The notes beneath the pieces were generated by a model. That model was given only the letters and a program-made list of their open reading frames with translations. It was not told the origin of the DNA and searched no databases. Position numbers and translations under genes: made by a program. Shown one piece after another: positions 8,875 to 18,420 of a stretch of 61,082 nucleotides of DNA (its first letter is position 1; each line of letters opens with the position of its first letter). The stretch is from Deltaproteobacteria bacterium (GTDB lineage Bacteria; Desulfobacterota; Dissulfuribacteria; Dissulfuribacterales; QOAL01), in the NCBI GenBank assembly GCA_027067775.1, contig JAMOVK010000019.1, positions 1 through 61,082 of the forward strand, written 5' to 3'.

Positions 8875-10399
8875 AGGAAAGGGCAAGGTCTATCTCGTAG
8901 GGGCAGGTCCTGGCGACCCTGGTCTGTTGACTCTCAGGGGGCGCGAGCTTCTTGAAAGGGCCGAGGTCATCATATATGACAGGCTTGCATCTCCCCGTAT
9001 AATGGAGTTTGCAAATCCTTCTGCTGAACGTATCTATGTTGGAAAGAGGGTTGGGAAGCATGTAGCCAATCAGCAAGAGATAAACAATATTATACTGGAA
9101 AAGGCCAAGGCTGGTAAACGGGTTGTAAGGCTTAAGGGTGGAGATCCGTTCATATTTGGCCGTGGCGGGGAAGAGGCCCAAATCTTGGCAGACAATGGAA
9201 TTTCTTTTGAGATTGTGCCAGGAGTCACGTCTGCCATTGCTGTTCCTGCATACGCTGGCATACCCCTTACGCACCGCTCATACACTGCTTCTGTTGCCTT
9301 TATAACCGGTCACAGACGTTTTGATTCCAACGAGGCAGGTGTAGACTGGGAAGGACTTGCAAAGGGCGTTGGAACACTGGTTTTTCTGATGGGCATGACC
9401 AATCTGCCAAACATTGCCAAAAACCTTATCCGTTTTGGCAGAAGGCCTGATACACCAGTGGCTGTTATCAGATGGGGCACAACACCTCTGCAGGAATCTA
9501 TAACAGGCACCCTTTCAGACATTGCCCAAAAGGTAAGGGAGAGCGGTTTCAAACCACCGGCAATAATCGTGGTCGGGGATGTGTGCAAGGTAAGGGACAA
9601 GATAAACTGGTTTGAAAAACAGCCCCTTCTTGGGAAAAAGGTGCTCGTTACAAGAACGCGCGAACAGGCCAGCGTCCTTGTAAGGCTTCTTGAAAGAAGG
9701 GGGGCAGGATGTATAGAATGCCCGACCATTGAAGTTCGTCAGGTTGCAGATACATCAACTACTGACAGGGCCATTGATGGGCTGGCCAGCTTCGACTGGG
9801 TGATCTTTACAAGCCCAAATGCAGTAAAGTTTTTTTTCCTAAGGCTCGATCAACTTGGAAAGGATGTGCGAGCCATGGGGAATGCAAAGATTGCTACCGT
9901 TGGTTCAAGCACGGCCAAGGAACTTGAACGTCATCACATAAGGGTTGACGCTGTTCCAGATGATTTTAGGGCTGAGGGTCTTATAGAGCTTTTTGCCAAG
10001 CAAGACCTGAAAGGGGCAAAGGTTTTGATTCCCCGGGCAGTAAAGGCCAGGGAGATACTTCCTGAGGAGCTTTCAAGGATGGGTGCCCAGGTAACCGTGG
10101 CTCCTGTATATGAGACAGTGCCTCCAGAGGTTGCACCCCAGACTCTGGAACTGCTAGAAGAAGAGAAAATAGACGTTATAACCTTTACTAGTTCATCAAC
10201 GGTGAGTAACTTTTTTAAGACGGTTCCTGATAAGCTGGTAAAAAAGGTTACAAGCCGGGCCAAGATTGCCTGTATTGGGCCTGTCACGGCAAAGACCGCA
10301 GAAAAGAGGGGGCTTTTGGTTCACATAGTTCCAGAAAAGTCAACAATACCAAGTCTTGTGGAGGCCATAGAAAAGAGTTTTTCAAAACACGGAGAATAA
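8864..10399 (+). CDS. cobA: Uroporphyrinogen-III C-methyltransferase / uroporphyrinogen-III synthase fusion
   Basis: VYLVGAGPGDPGLLT, RLKGGDPFIFGRGGEE, then a HemD-like half (VLVTRTREQA, VIFTSPNAV, FTSSSTV, CIGPVTA). Confidence 0.95.
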   Translation: MQDKGKGKVYLVGAGPGDPGLLTLRGRELLERAEVIIYDRLASPRIMEFANPSAERIYVGKRVGKHVANQQEINNIILEKAKAGKRVVRLKGGDPFIFGRGGEEAQILADNGISFEIVPGVTSAIAVPAYAGIPLTHRSYTASVAFITGHRRFDSNEAGVDWEGLAKGVGTLVFLMGMTNLPNIAKNLIRFGRRPDTPVAVIRWGTTPLQESITGTLSDIAQKVRESGFKPPAIIVVGDVCKVRDKINWFEKQPLLGKKVLVTRTREQASVLVRLLERRGAGCIECPTIEVRQVADTSTTDRAIDGLASFDWVIFTSPNAVKFFFLRLDQLGKDVRAMGNAKIATVGSSTAKELERHHIRVDAVPDDFRAEGLIELFAKQDLKGAKVLIPRAVKAREILPEELSRMGAQVTVAPVYETVPPEVAPQTLELLEEEKIDVITFTSSSTVSNFFKTVPDKLVKKVTSRAKIACIGPVTAKTAEKRGLLVHIVPEKSTIPSLVEAIEKSFSKHGE

Positions 10400-10412
10400 G
10401 GTCCTAACACCA

Positions 10413-11837
10413 ATGAGTATTTTTTGTGCCCAGCCAGATCCTCCTGAATTGGCAGCCGTTCTATCCAGGATTCGAAAGAAAAAGGAAGACTACGAAAAAT
10501 ATAACTTTACCGTTACCCAAGATAGGGCTTTAAGGGCATTTTTTGATCTTGCTCAGGAATTTGAGACTTTTGAAAATTTTTATCGCATTGCCGTGTTTGT
10601 CCCAAAGGTCTTTATGGACCTTGATTCCTGTCTGTATCTGGTGGACTTTGATACCGGGGAACTAAAGCGGGTCTGCGACTCTCTCAATGCCCTTGGCGTT
10701 TGTGGCATGGACCCGCCAGAAGGGGTCAGGATTTCTTCTGAACCATACGAGCTGGGAGATTCTTTTTTTGCGCCAATACGGGGTAACAAGAGACTGTTTG
10801 CAATAAAGACCATTACACGGGCCACAGACGTAATAGGTATGTTTGAGGTCTTTCCAAAGACCCACTTGACAGACAAGGACCGGCTCTTTTTTGAAAAGTA
10901 TGCAAACCGAATCGGTTACAACCTGCATTATAAACTTTTGGCAAAACAGAATGAGGAACATATAAAGTTTATTAATACCCTGGTTGCTGATATAGAACAC
11001 AATGTCATCGAGCCCAACATCAAATATAAGTATTTCCTCAAGCAGATAGAGAAAAAGGTCAACGAACTGGATGATGTGATGGGGCTTTTGAGGCAACATC
11101 TTGAGGATGCAGAAAACTGTAACTGTCCTCATGTTAAACAGGCGGAAGAGGTGGAAGCCCGTTTGCGCCACGTGGTAGACGACCTTCGTTCATATTACGT
11201 GGATATCAAAAAACATTTTGAAAATACCAGCCTATTTCTTGAAAGTCTTCTGAGGAGAGAACATTTTCAAAAGGGAGAGCTTGTTCTTAGAAGAAGGAGC
11301 TGCAATTTTAGAAAAGAGGTTATAGAGCCGCAGCTTGAACGTTACAAGGAAAGGCTTGCCAGAAGAGGTATAACCATTGATAACCAGCTGGGAGGCGTAC
11401 CCGATGAAGATGTACCTCTTGCTGTAGATATTGGTCTTATTTCCCAGGTATATGCCAATCTTTTTTCAAATGCGGAAAAATATTGTCAGGAGGTGGTAGA
11501 CGAGCAGGGAAACAGGATAAAGTTTATGGCCTATGGCAGACAGATTCTGCCTGACTACTTTGGCCCTGGCAAGGATGGAATAAAATTTAACGTATTTACC
11601 ACAGGGCCGCATTTGACTCCTGAGGAGGCAGAACATATATTTGAAGAAGGCTTCCGGGCTCGGGGAACTGCTGGCTCGCGTCCAGGAACAGGTCATGGGC
11701 TTCACTTTGTCAAAAAAATAATCGAGGTCCATGGAGGGGAGGTGGGATACGAACCCGTGCCACTTGGAAACAACTTTTACTTTATCTTGCCCATAAAACG
11801 AGAGCCGGCAGATGAAGAACCTAAACAAACTATTTGA
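10413..11837 (+). CDS. Atypical sensor histidine kinase (GAF-like N-terminus, HATPase C-terminus)
   Basis: H-box-like DIEHNVIEP, N-box NLFSNAEKY, F-box IFEEGFR, G2 GTGHGL; no transmembrane segment seen. Confidence 0.75.
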   Translation: MSIFCAQPDPPELAAVLSRIRKKKEDYEKYNFTVTQDRALRAFFDLAQEFETFENFYRIAVFVPKVFMDLDSCLYLVDFDTGELKRVCDSLNALGVCGMDPPEGVRISSEPYELGDSFFAPIRGNKRLFAIKTITRATDVIGMFEVFPKTHLTDKDRLFFEKYANRIGYNLHYKLLAKQNEEHIKFINTLVADIEHNVIEPNIKYKYFLKQIEKKVNELDDVMGLLRQHLEDAENCNCPHVKQAEEVEARLRHVVDDLRSYYVDIKKHFENTSLFLESLLRREHFQKGELVLRRRSCNFRKEVIEPQLERYKERLARRGITIDNQLGGVPDEDVPLAVDIGLISQVYANLFSNAEKYCQEVVDEQGNRIKFMAYGRQILPDYFGPGKDGIKFNVFTTGPHLTPEEAEHIFEEGFRARGTAGSRPGTGHGLHFVKKIIEVHGGEVGYEPVPLGNNFYFILPIKREPADEEPKQTI

Positions 11838-11893
11838 AAAAATTTATTATTTTTTGATTGCTTTTCCCTGAAAATTGGTTAAAAGATTTCATT

Positions 11894-11912
11894 ACGTATC
11901 TAAAAAATACGT
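11894..11912. promoter_or_regulatory. Candidate operator ACGTAT-N7-ATACGT upstream of the porin gene
   Basis: Perfect inverted repeat immediately 5' of TTGACA (11914-11919). Confidence 0.4.
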
Positions 11913-11994
11913 CTTGACAAAATTGGCTATTGGTAGTTTAAGAAAAATAGTAGGTATTTCAGGAGGTTGTAAAAAAAGTAACAAAGGAGGGATT

Positions 11995-13659
11995 ATGCGC
12001 ACGGAATCATTTCCAAAAAAGGGTTTAGGGTTATTGCTACTGTCTTTAGTATTCCTGCTGACAGCATCCGCTGCGGCCTTTGCCGGAGGGGTGCCGCCAA
12101 ACCAGGAGCTTGCTGATCTCAAGGCCCAGGTCCGGGCTTTGACCCAGAGGATTAAGCAGCTAGAGGCTCAACCAAAGACAGTTCCATGCCCTGATACCGC
12201 AGCCCTTGAACAGAAGGTTCAGGAGCTTGAAAAGTGGAAGGCCGACAGGAACAACTTTAAGGTTTTCTGGAAAAACGGTTTTCGTATCAAGTATCACAAT
12301 CCAAAGAACAACAACGAGTATCTCATGAGGCTGCGTGCCGGTATCCAGATGAGGTACACCTATGTGTCAGTTGACGACGACATCGCTGGCGCTGATGAGA
12401 ACTTCAGTTCCTTTACCATGCGTCGTCTGCGTCTCTTTGTAGACGGCTATGCACCAAACAAAGACTGGAAGTACTTTTTGCACGTTCAGTTGGAACCTCA
12501 GGGTAAGGTCCACACCCATGATGCCTTTATCGTTTGGCGTAAGTACAAGTATGCCCGCATACAGTTTGGTCGTATGAAGATCCCTTACTCCATTGAATAC
12601 TGGCAGAGTGGATTTGCCCAGAACGGAGCAGACCGTACCATCTTCACAGGTGACTCCGAGATGGATAAGGACAAGTTTGGAAACCGCACCTATGACATCC
12701 CTGGCTACAACGCAAGGCTCAGGGTTGGTAGCCATCTCGACAAGACTACAGAGTTTCCAACAGGTGGCATGCTGCTCTACAGATCCCAGGGTTTCAACAT
12801 CAACGGTGAGCTTGATATGTTTAACCAGAAGCAGTTCCTGGTCTACTGGGCTGGTATCTACAACGGCAGGGATACCCAGGCCACAGCAAACTTTGATGAT
12901 CAGATGCTCTACGTTGGCAGGATAGGAATCAACTTCCTGCCTGGCTCTGATCCAAAGGGCCCAATGGGATCAAAGGGTTTCAAACATTATTTTATGCAGG
13001 GTGACTACGGATATAACACCACACCCCTTGCAGCCCTGATTCTGGGTGCATTTAACTGGAAGAACAAGGTAAAGAACGTATACGATCCTCACTCCTATAA
13101 TGCCAAGGGCAAGAATGGTGTTTTGGCCAAGAAAGTGGGGTTTGCCCATGACATCAACAACTACGGTGGTGATGTGGCACTGCTCTTCAGATATCTTGGT
13201 TTCTCTGCAGACCTAGAGGCTGGTTGGGAAGAGTTCCAGCAGGCTCCAGACAAGAACAACCAGTACAGCTACAACTGGGATCGCTGGGGTGCCAGGGCAA
13301 ACCTGGGTTACTTCCTAGTTCCAAAGAAGTGGGAAGTCACGGTCAAGTACGCATATATGAAGAGGCTTGACCAGAATAACCTGGAAAACAGCTTGGCCAG
13401 TGGTCTTGGACTCGTCAAGATGTCTGATGATGGCGGATATGCAGTTGAAAAGGATATGCACCAGGTTCGTGCTGGTATCAACTACTACCTCCATGGCTTC
13501 AACCAGTACATCTCTGCTGAAGTTGGGCTTTTTCACAGAAACTTCTATGAAATCAGCCAGGATGAGGCAGACGCCCTTGGATTCAAAGGTAAGCTTGCCA
13601 AGGATCCAAAAGATCAGGATGACGTCCGCTTTAGGATCCAGTATCAGCATTTCTTCTAA
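11995..13659 (+). CDS. Outer-membrane porin, OprO/OprP-like, with N-terminal coiled coil
   Basis: AAAGGAGG RBS, signal peptide ending AAAFA, coiled coil, RRLRLFVDG, HDAFI, FGRMKIPYSIE and C-terminal Phe. Start moved from 11875. Confidence 0.8.
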   Translation: MRTESFPKKGLGLLLLSLVFLLTASAAAFAGGVPPNQELADLKAQVRALTQRIKQLEAQPKTVPCPDTAALEQKVQELEKWKADRNNFKVFWKNGFRIKYHNPKNNNEYLMRLRAGIQMRYTYVSVDDDIAGADENFSSFTMRRLRLFVDGYAPNKDWKYFLHVQLEPQGKVHTHDAFIVWRKYKYARIQFGRMKIPYSIEYWQSGFAQNGADRTIFTGDSEMDKDKFGNRTYDIPGYNARLRVGSHLDKTTEFPTGGMLLYRSQGFNINGELDMFNQKQFLVYWAGIYNGRDTQATANFDDQMLYVGRIGINFLPGSDPKGPMGSKGFKHYFMQGDYGYNTTPLAALILGAFNWKNKVKNVYDPHSYNAKGKNGVLAKKVGFAHDINNYGGDVALLFRYLGFSADLEAGWEEFQQAPDKNNQYSYNWDRWGARANLGYFLVPKKWEVTVKYAYMKRLDQNNLENSLASGLGLVKMSDDGGYAVEKDMHQVRAGINYYLHGFNQYISAEVGLFHRNFYEISQDEADALGFKGKLAKDPKDQDDVRFRIQYQHFF

Positions 13660-13688
13660 ATCATAGCTGATAGTCACTTTTGACTGTG

Positions 13689-13720
13689 AAAGGCCCTGTC
13701 TAAAGGCAGGGCCTTTTTTT
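13689..13720 (+). terminator. Intrinsic terminator after the porin gene
   Basis: aaaggccctg...cagggccttt stem followed by a T-run. Confidence 0.85.
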
Positions 13721-13738
13721 GTGGGGATACATTAGATA

Positions 13739-13766
13739 TTGACATGATCCTATTCTGTGTTATTTT
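13739..13766 (+). promoter_or_regulatory. sigma70-type promoter for rplU-rpmA
   Basis: TTGACA-16 nt-TATTTT with extended -10 TG. Confidence 0.55.
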
Positions 13767-13838
13767 TGTCTGCGCATTTTAAAATAGCATAGAAAAAGAA
13801 AAGGCCACTTTTAACTGGTTGGCCGGAGGAAATAGAAA

Positions 13839-14150
13839 ATGTATGCAGTTGTAAAGACTGGTGGAAAGCAGTATAAGGTTACCAAGGGTGAAGTTATCAA
13901 GGTCGAAAAGCTTGATGCTGATGTAGGTTCTGAACTGGAACTTAAGGATGTCTTGATGGTTATAGACGGTGACAGTGTCCAGGTTGGTACACCAGTGTTG
14001 GAAAATGTCATGGTTAAGGCCAAAGTGTTGGAGCATGGCAAGGACAAAAAGGTGATCGTCTTTAAGAAAAAGAGGCGCAAGGGCTTTAAGAAAAAAAGAG
14101 GCCACAGGCAGCATTTTACCACCCTTGAGATCCGGGACGTATCTATATAG
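13839..14150 (+). CDS. rplU: 50S ribosomal protein L21
   Basis: MYAVVKTGGKQYKV...GHRQHFT. Confidence 0.98.
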   Translation: MYAVVKTGGKQYKVTKGEVIKVEKLDADVGSELELKDVLMVIDGDSVQVGTPVLENVMVKAKVLEHGKDKKVIVFKKKRRKGFKKKRGHRQHFTTLEIRDVSI

Positions 14151-14159
14151 GAGGTCGAT

Positions 14160-14411
14160 ATGGCACATAAAAAGGCCGGTGGAAGTTCTAAAAACGGTAG
14201 AGACAGCAAAGGCCAAAGACGCGGTGTAAAAAGGTTTGGCGGCCAGTTTGTCAGGGCTGGCAATATACTTGTACGACAGTTGGGAACCAGATTCCATCCT
14301 GGAAAGAATGTGGGGATGGGTAAGGATTACACCCTCTTTTCAAAGGTTGACGGTACTGTCAGATTTGAGACAAGGCGAAACAGACAGCTTGTAAGCGTCT
14401 ATCCGGCATAA
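14160..14411 (+). CDS. rpmA: 50S ribosomal protein L27
   Basis: [16 protein letters not shown]. Confidence 0.98.
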   Translation: MAHKKAGGSSKNGRDSKGQRRGVKRFGGQFVRAGNILVRQLGTRFHPGKNVGMGKDYTLFSKVDGTVRFETRRNRQLVSVYPA

Positions 14412-14447
14412 ACAGATTTTATCCAACAATCCCAACCCTTTGTATGG

Positions 14448-14478
14448 CCCACATCTTTACTGAGATGTGGGTTTTTTT
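14448..14478 (+). terminator. Intrinsic terminator after rpmA
   Basis: cccacatct-ttactg-agatgtggg followed by T7. Confidence 0.8.
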
Positions 14479-14557
14479 GTCTTAAAAACGGATTAACCTT
14501 TTTATTTGGCAGGTCAACCCTTAAGTTATTGTCAAAGACAAGTATGGAAGCGAAAAG

Positions 14558-15589
14558 ATGAATTTTGTAGATGAAGCAGAAATATATGTAAAGGCTGGTG
14601 ATGGCGGACCTGGAGCCGTAAGCTTTCGAAGGGAAAAATATGTGCCCAAGGGGGGACCTGACGGTGGAGATGGTGGCAAAGGAGGAAATGTAATCCTGCA
14701 GGTGGATCCCGGCCTTAATACGTTGCAGCCTTTTAGGTACAAAAAGAGGTTTCTGGCAGAAAATGGCAGGGGAGGTAGGGGTAAAAAGATGCACGGGAGG
14801 GCAGGACGTGACCTGGTAATAAAGGTTCCTCCTGGAACAGTGGTTCGTGATCTGGAATCAGGTCTTGTAATTGCTGATCTTACAAGGCCAGGAGAAATGT
14901 GGACAGCTGCAAAGGGCGGGCTTGGAGGCAAAGGTAATGCCAGATTTGCCACATCCACCAATCAGGCACCTCGCTATAGCCAGGAAGGGAAAAAGGGCGA
15001 GGAGAGAAGGCTGAAACTGGAGTTAAAGCTCTTGGCTGATGTGGGACTGGTTGGCGCTCCAAATGCTGGCAAATCCACCCTTCTTGCCCGGTGCTCTGCT
15101 GCACGGCCAAAGATAGCAGATTATCCCTTTACCACGCTGGTCCCAAATCTGGGTGTTGTGGAGCTGTCTCCTGATGAAAGTTTTGTCATGGCAGATATCC
15201 CAGGCCTTATAGAAGGGGCACACAGGGGTGTGGGTATGGGGCTTGACTTTTTAAGACATGTGGAACGTACAAGCGTACTTCTTCATCTGCTGGATGCCTC
15301 TGTAGGTGTTGACGAGTCTAAAAAGACCTTTGAGGTGATTCAGGCAGAACTAGCAGAGTTTGACCAAGGGCTTGTGGCCAAGGATGTTATAGTTGCCCTT
15401 AATAAAATAGATGTAGCAGAGCCAGCACATATAGATACATTGAAGGCATGGTTTAGGGAAAAAGGCCTTGATGTTTATGCCATATCCGCATTTACTGGAG
15501 AAGGGGTACAGGAATTGGTTCGGGCACTGTTTGGTTGTGTTCAGAAACATAAAAAGACACGGTCAGATCATGGACAGAAGGCTGTTTGA
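14558..15589 (+). CDS. obgE: GTPase ObgE
   Basis: FRREKYVPKGGPDGGDGG, GAPNAGKST, YPFTTLVP, DIPGLIEG, NKID. Confidence 0.97.
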   Translation: MNFVDEAEIYVKAGDGGPGAVSFRREKYVPKGGPDGGDGGKGGNVILQVDPGLNTLQPFRYKKRFLAENGRGGRGKKMHGRAGRDLVIKVPPGTVVRDLESGLVIADLTRPGEMWTAAKGGLGGKGNARFATSTNQAPRYSQEGKKGEERRLKLELKLLADVGLVGAPNAGKSTLLARCSAARPKIADYPFTTLVPNLGVVELSPDESFVMADIPGLIEGAHRGVGMGLDFLRHVERTSVLLHLLDASVGVDESKKTFEVIQAELAEFDQGLVAKDVIVALNKIDVAEPAHIDTLKAWFREKGLDVYAISAFTGEGVQELVRALFGCVQKHKKTRSDHGQKAV

Positions 15590-16709
15590 AGAAAATATAG
15601 ATTCTGCAAAACGTATAGTGATCAAAATAGGAAGCGCCGTTTTGACCAACAAGCAGGGATTAGAAAAGGGATTAATCTTTGATCTTTGCAAGCAGATCGC
15701 TCTTCTTATGAAAAAGGGACGCCAGGTGGTTATTGTCTCTTCAGGTGCGGTTGCAGCTGGCATTACGAAGATGCCTGAAAAGGCGTCTGGAAAAAGCATA
15801 CCTGAGAAACAGGCCCTAGCGGCCATTGGCCAGGGTCTTCTGATGCAGGTTTATGAGGAGGCCTTTTCTAAGTATGGCTTTGAGGTTGCCCAGGTACTTC
15901 TTACGCGTGACGGATTGGTGCCTAGAAGGCGCTACGTAAATGCCAAGAATACCATCAAGACCCTGATGGAATGGACAGTAGTGCCAGTTATAAATGAAAA
16001 CGATACGGTCGCCACAGAGGAACTCCAGTTTACAGATAACGATGCCCTTTCGGTTTTGGTGGTCAATCTTGCAGAGGCAGATCTTTTGGTGTGCCTGAGC
16101 GATATTGATGGCCTTTACGAAAAAGATCCCAGGATCCACAGGGATGCCAAAAAGATAGAGGTTGTGTCACAGATAGACGGAGCGATTCTTTCAATGGCAG
16201 GTGACAGCCCTGGAAGGGCAGGCCGTGGAGGGATGGGTTCAAAGCTAAGGGCGGCAAAGATGGTTACATCCTTTGGTGTACCAATGGTTATCGCAGGAGG
16301 TAAGCAGCCCAGAGTGATCGAGCAGCTTTTTAATGGCAAAGGGGACTGTACCCTTTTTCTGCCTACGAAAAAGAAGAGAATCTTTGGCAGAAAACCATGG
16401 ATTGCCTATGCCCTTGAGAAAAAGGGTACCATCAGAATAGATGATGGGGCAGTAACCGCTCTACTTGAACGGGGAAAAAGTCTTCTTCCAGCAGGTGTGG
16501 TCGGCGTGTCTGGAGAATTTCAGGAGGGCGACTGCATAGTCTGTGTAGACCGCTTTGGAAATGAGGTGGCCCTGGGACTTTCCAACTATTCTTCTTCGGA
16601 TCTGAAGAAGATCTCAGGATGTCATTCAAGTCAGATATGCTCCATGATAGGCAAGGATGGTGCAAAGGCAGAGGTGATACATAGGGACAACATGGTCACT
16701 TTGGAGTGA
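15570..16709 (+). CDS. proB: Glutamate 5-kinase with PUA domain
   Basis: VIKIGSAVL, VSSGAVAAG, INENDTV, GGMGSKL and C-terminal PUA domain (IHRDNMV). Start moved to ATG 15570. Confidence 0.96.
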   Translation: MDRRLFEENIDSAKRIVIKIGSAVLTNKQGLEKGLIFDLCKQIALLMKKGRQVVIVSSGAVAAGITKMPEKASGKSIPEKQALAAIGQGLLMQVYEEAFSKYGFEVAQVLLTRDGLVPRRRYVNAKNTIKTLMEWTVVPVINENDTVATEELQFTDNDALSVLVVNLAEADLLVCLSDIDGLYEKDPRIHRDAKKIEVVSQIDGAILSMAGDSPGRAGRGGMGSKLRAAKMVTSFGVPMVIAGGKQPRVIEQLFNGKGDCTLFLPTKKKRIFGRKPWIAYALEKKGTIRIDDGAVTALLERGKSLLPAGVVGVSGEFQEGDCIVCVDRFGNEVALGLSNYSSSDLKKISGCHSSQICSMIGKDGAKAEVIHRDNMVTLE

Positions 16710-16829
16710 TCAAGATTCTGGTCTTGAACAATAAAGAGACAAGACGGTTCTAAACTTGAAACAAATCACGTGGTAAAAAGATCCTATCTTTGAAAAGATT
16801 GTGCATTTTGGCTGCGAGAAAAATAAATG

Positions 16830-16858
16830 AAAAGGGCCGCCCGAGGCGGCCCTTTTTT
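16830..16858. terminator. Bidirectional terminator between proB and glnA
   Basis: aaaagggccgcc-cga-ggcggccctttttt between convergent genes. Confidence 0.88.
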
Positions 16859-16880
16859 ACTGACTGCAGGAAACCAACTA

Positions 16881-18293
16881 TTAAATGTCGTAGTAAAGGT
16901 AGAACTCGATTGGATGTGGACGAAGTTTTACTTCGTTTACTTCATTCTCTGTCTTGTATTCCAGCCACATATCAATAACGTCCTGGGTAAAGACATCGCC
17001 CTTCAGAAGGAATTCATGGTCTTCCTTCAGAGCAGCCAGGGCCTCTTCAAGAGAGCCTGGAGCAGAAGGAATGTTAGCCAGCTCTTCTGGAGGAAGGTCA
17101 TAGATGTTCTTGTCAAGTGGATCACCCGGATCAATCTTGTTCTCGATTCCATCCAGTACTGCCATAAGCATTGCAGAGAAGGCCAGGTATCCGTTACAGG
17201 ATGGATCAGGCGTTCTGAATTCTATCCTCTTGGCCTTGGGAGAGGCTGAGTACATGGGAATCCTGACTGCTGCGGAACGATTTCTGCTGGAGTATGCAAG
17301 GTTTACTGGTGCCTCAAAGCCAGGAACCAGTCTCTTGTAAGAGTTGGTTGACGGGTTGGTAAATGCACAAAGTGCCTTGCAGTGTTTCAGAATACCACCT
17401 ATTGCGTACATGGCGGTCTCTGAAAGGCCTGCATACTTGTCACCGGCAAATACGGGTTCGCCCGCCTTCCAGATACTTATGTGGGTGTGCATACCTGTTC
17501 CGTTATCGCCAAATAGAGGCTTTGGCATAAATGTGACAGTACGGCCATATTTGTAGGCAACATTCTTGAGCACATACTTAAACCACATGAGCTGATCACC
17601 CATCTGGAGGAGCGGCTTGAAACGCATGTCTATCTCAGCCTGGCCAGCTGTTGCCACCTCGTGATGCTGGCACTCTGTCTCGATACCCAAGGACTCCAGG
17701 GTAAGCAGCATCTCTGTACGCATATCCTGGAATTTGTCTGTTGGAGGAACAGGGAAGTATCCTTCCTTATGGCGAGGCTTGTAGCCAAGGTTAGGGCACT
17801 CGTCCCTGCCACTGTTCCAGATGCCCTCTATAGAGTCTACCTCGTAAAAGCAGCCATTTGATGCATTGTCATAGCGGACATCATCAAAGATAAAAAATTC
17901 CGCCTCTGGACCAAAGAAGGCCGTGTCACCAACGCCTGTACCCTGGAGGTATGCCTCTGCCTTTTTGGCAATGTTTCTTGGGTCCCTGGAATATGCCTCT
18001 TTGGTAACCGGATCTACAATGTCACCGATGAGTACAAGGGTGGGTTCTTCAAAAAACGGGTCGATGAGGGCAGTAGATGCGTCTGGTACCACAAGCATAT
18101 CGCTTGCATGAATCGGCTGCCAGCCCCTGATGCTTGAGCCATCAAAACCAAAGCCTGCCTCAAAGGCACCCTCGTCAAGTTCACTGACCGGAACTGTGAA
18201 GTGCTGCCATACCCCAGGAAAATCAAGAAATCTCAGATCCACAACCTTGATGTCCTTTTCTTTTATCATGTCGAGTACGTCTTTTGGGGTCAT
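16881..18293 (-). CDS. glnA: Glutamine synthetase type I
   Basis: [54 protein letters not shown]. Confidence 0.98.
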   Translation of the reverse strand: MTPKDVLDMIKEKDIKVVDLRFLDFPGVWQHFTVPVSELDEGAFEAGFGFDGSSIRGWQPIHASDMLVVPDASTALIDPFFEEPTLVLIGDIVDPVTKEAYSRDPRNIAKKAEAYLQGTGVGDTAFFGPEAEFFIFDDVRYDNASNGCFYEVDSIEGIWNSGRDECPNLGYKPRHKEGYFPVPPTDKFQDMRTEMLLTLESLGIETECQHHEVATAGQAEIDMRFKPLLQMGDQLMWFKYVLKNVAYKYGRTVTFMPKPLFGDNGTGMHTHISIWKAGEPVFAGDKYAGLSETAMYAIGGILKHCKALCAFTNPSTNSYKRLVPGFEAPVNLAYSSRNRSAAVRIPMYSASPKAKRIEFRTPDPSCNGYLAFSAMLMAVLDGIENKIDPGDPLDKNIYDLPPEELANIPSAPGSLEEALAALKEDHEFLLKGDVFTQDVIDMWLEYKTENEVNEVKLRPHPIEFYLYYDI

Positions 18294-18420
18294 AAATATC
18301 TCCTCCTGTATGTGTTATTTTTGGGCCTGAACCAGCCAGGCCTTTGCTTCCGGTTAAAAGTGCTATATTAGGAACCAATCAGCTTTTTAATATAAATTTT
18401 AGAAAAAACCATACTTTCTT

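Noticed and set aside
16827-17249. 140-aa plus-strand ORF and other long antisense ORFs (e.g. 1479-2324, 23114-23785, 30157-30750, 37475-38143)
   Set aside because: Antisense shadows of well-supported genes with no independent motifs.
18324-18342. Small hairpin ggcctg-N7-caggcc in the glnA leader
   Set aside because: Short stem with no U-tract on the coding strand; no function can be supported.
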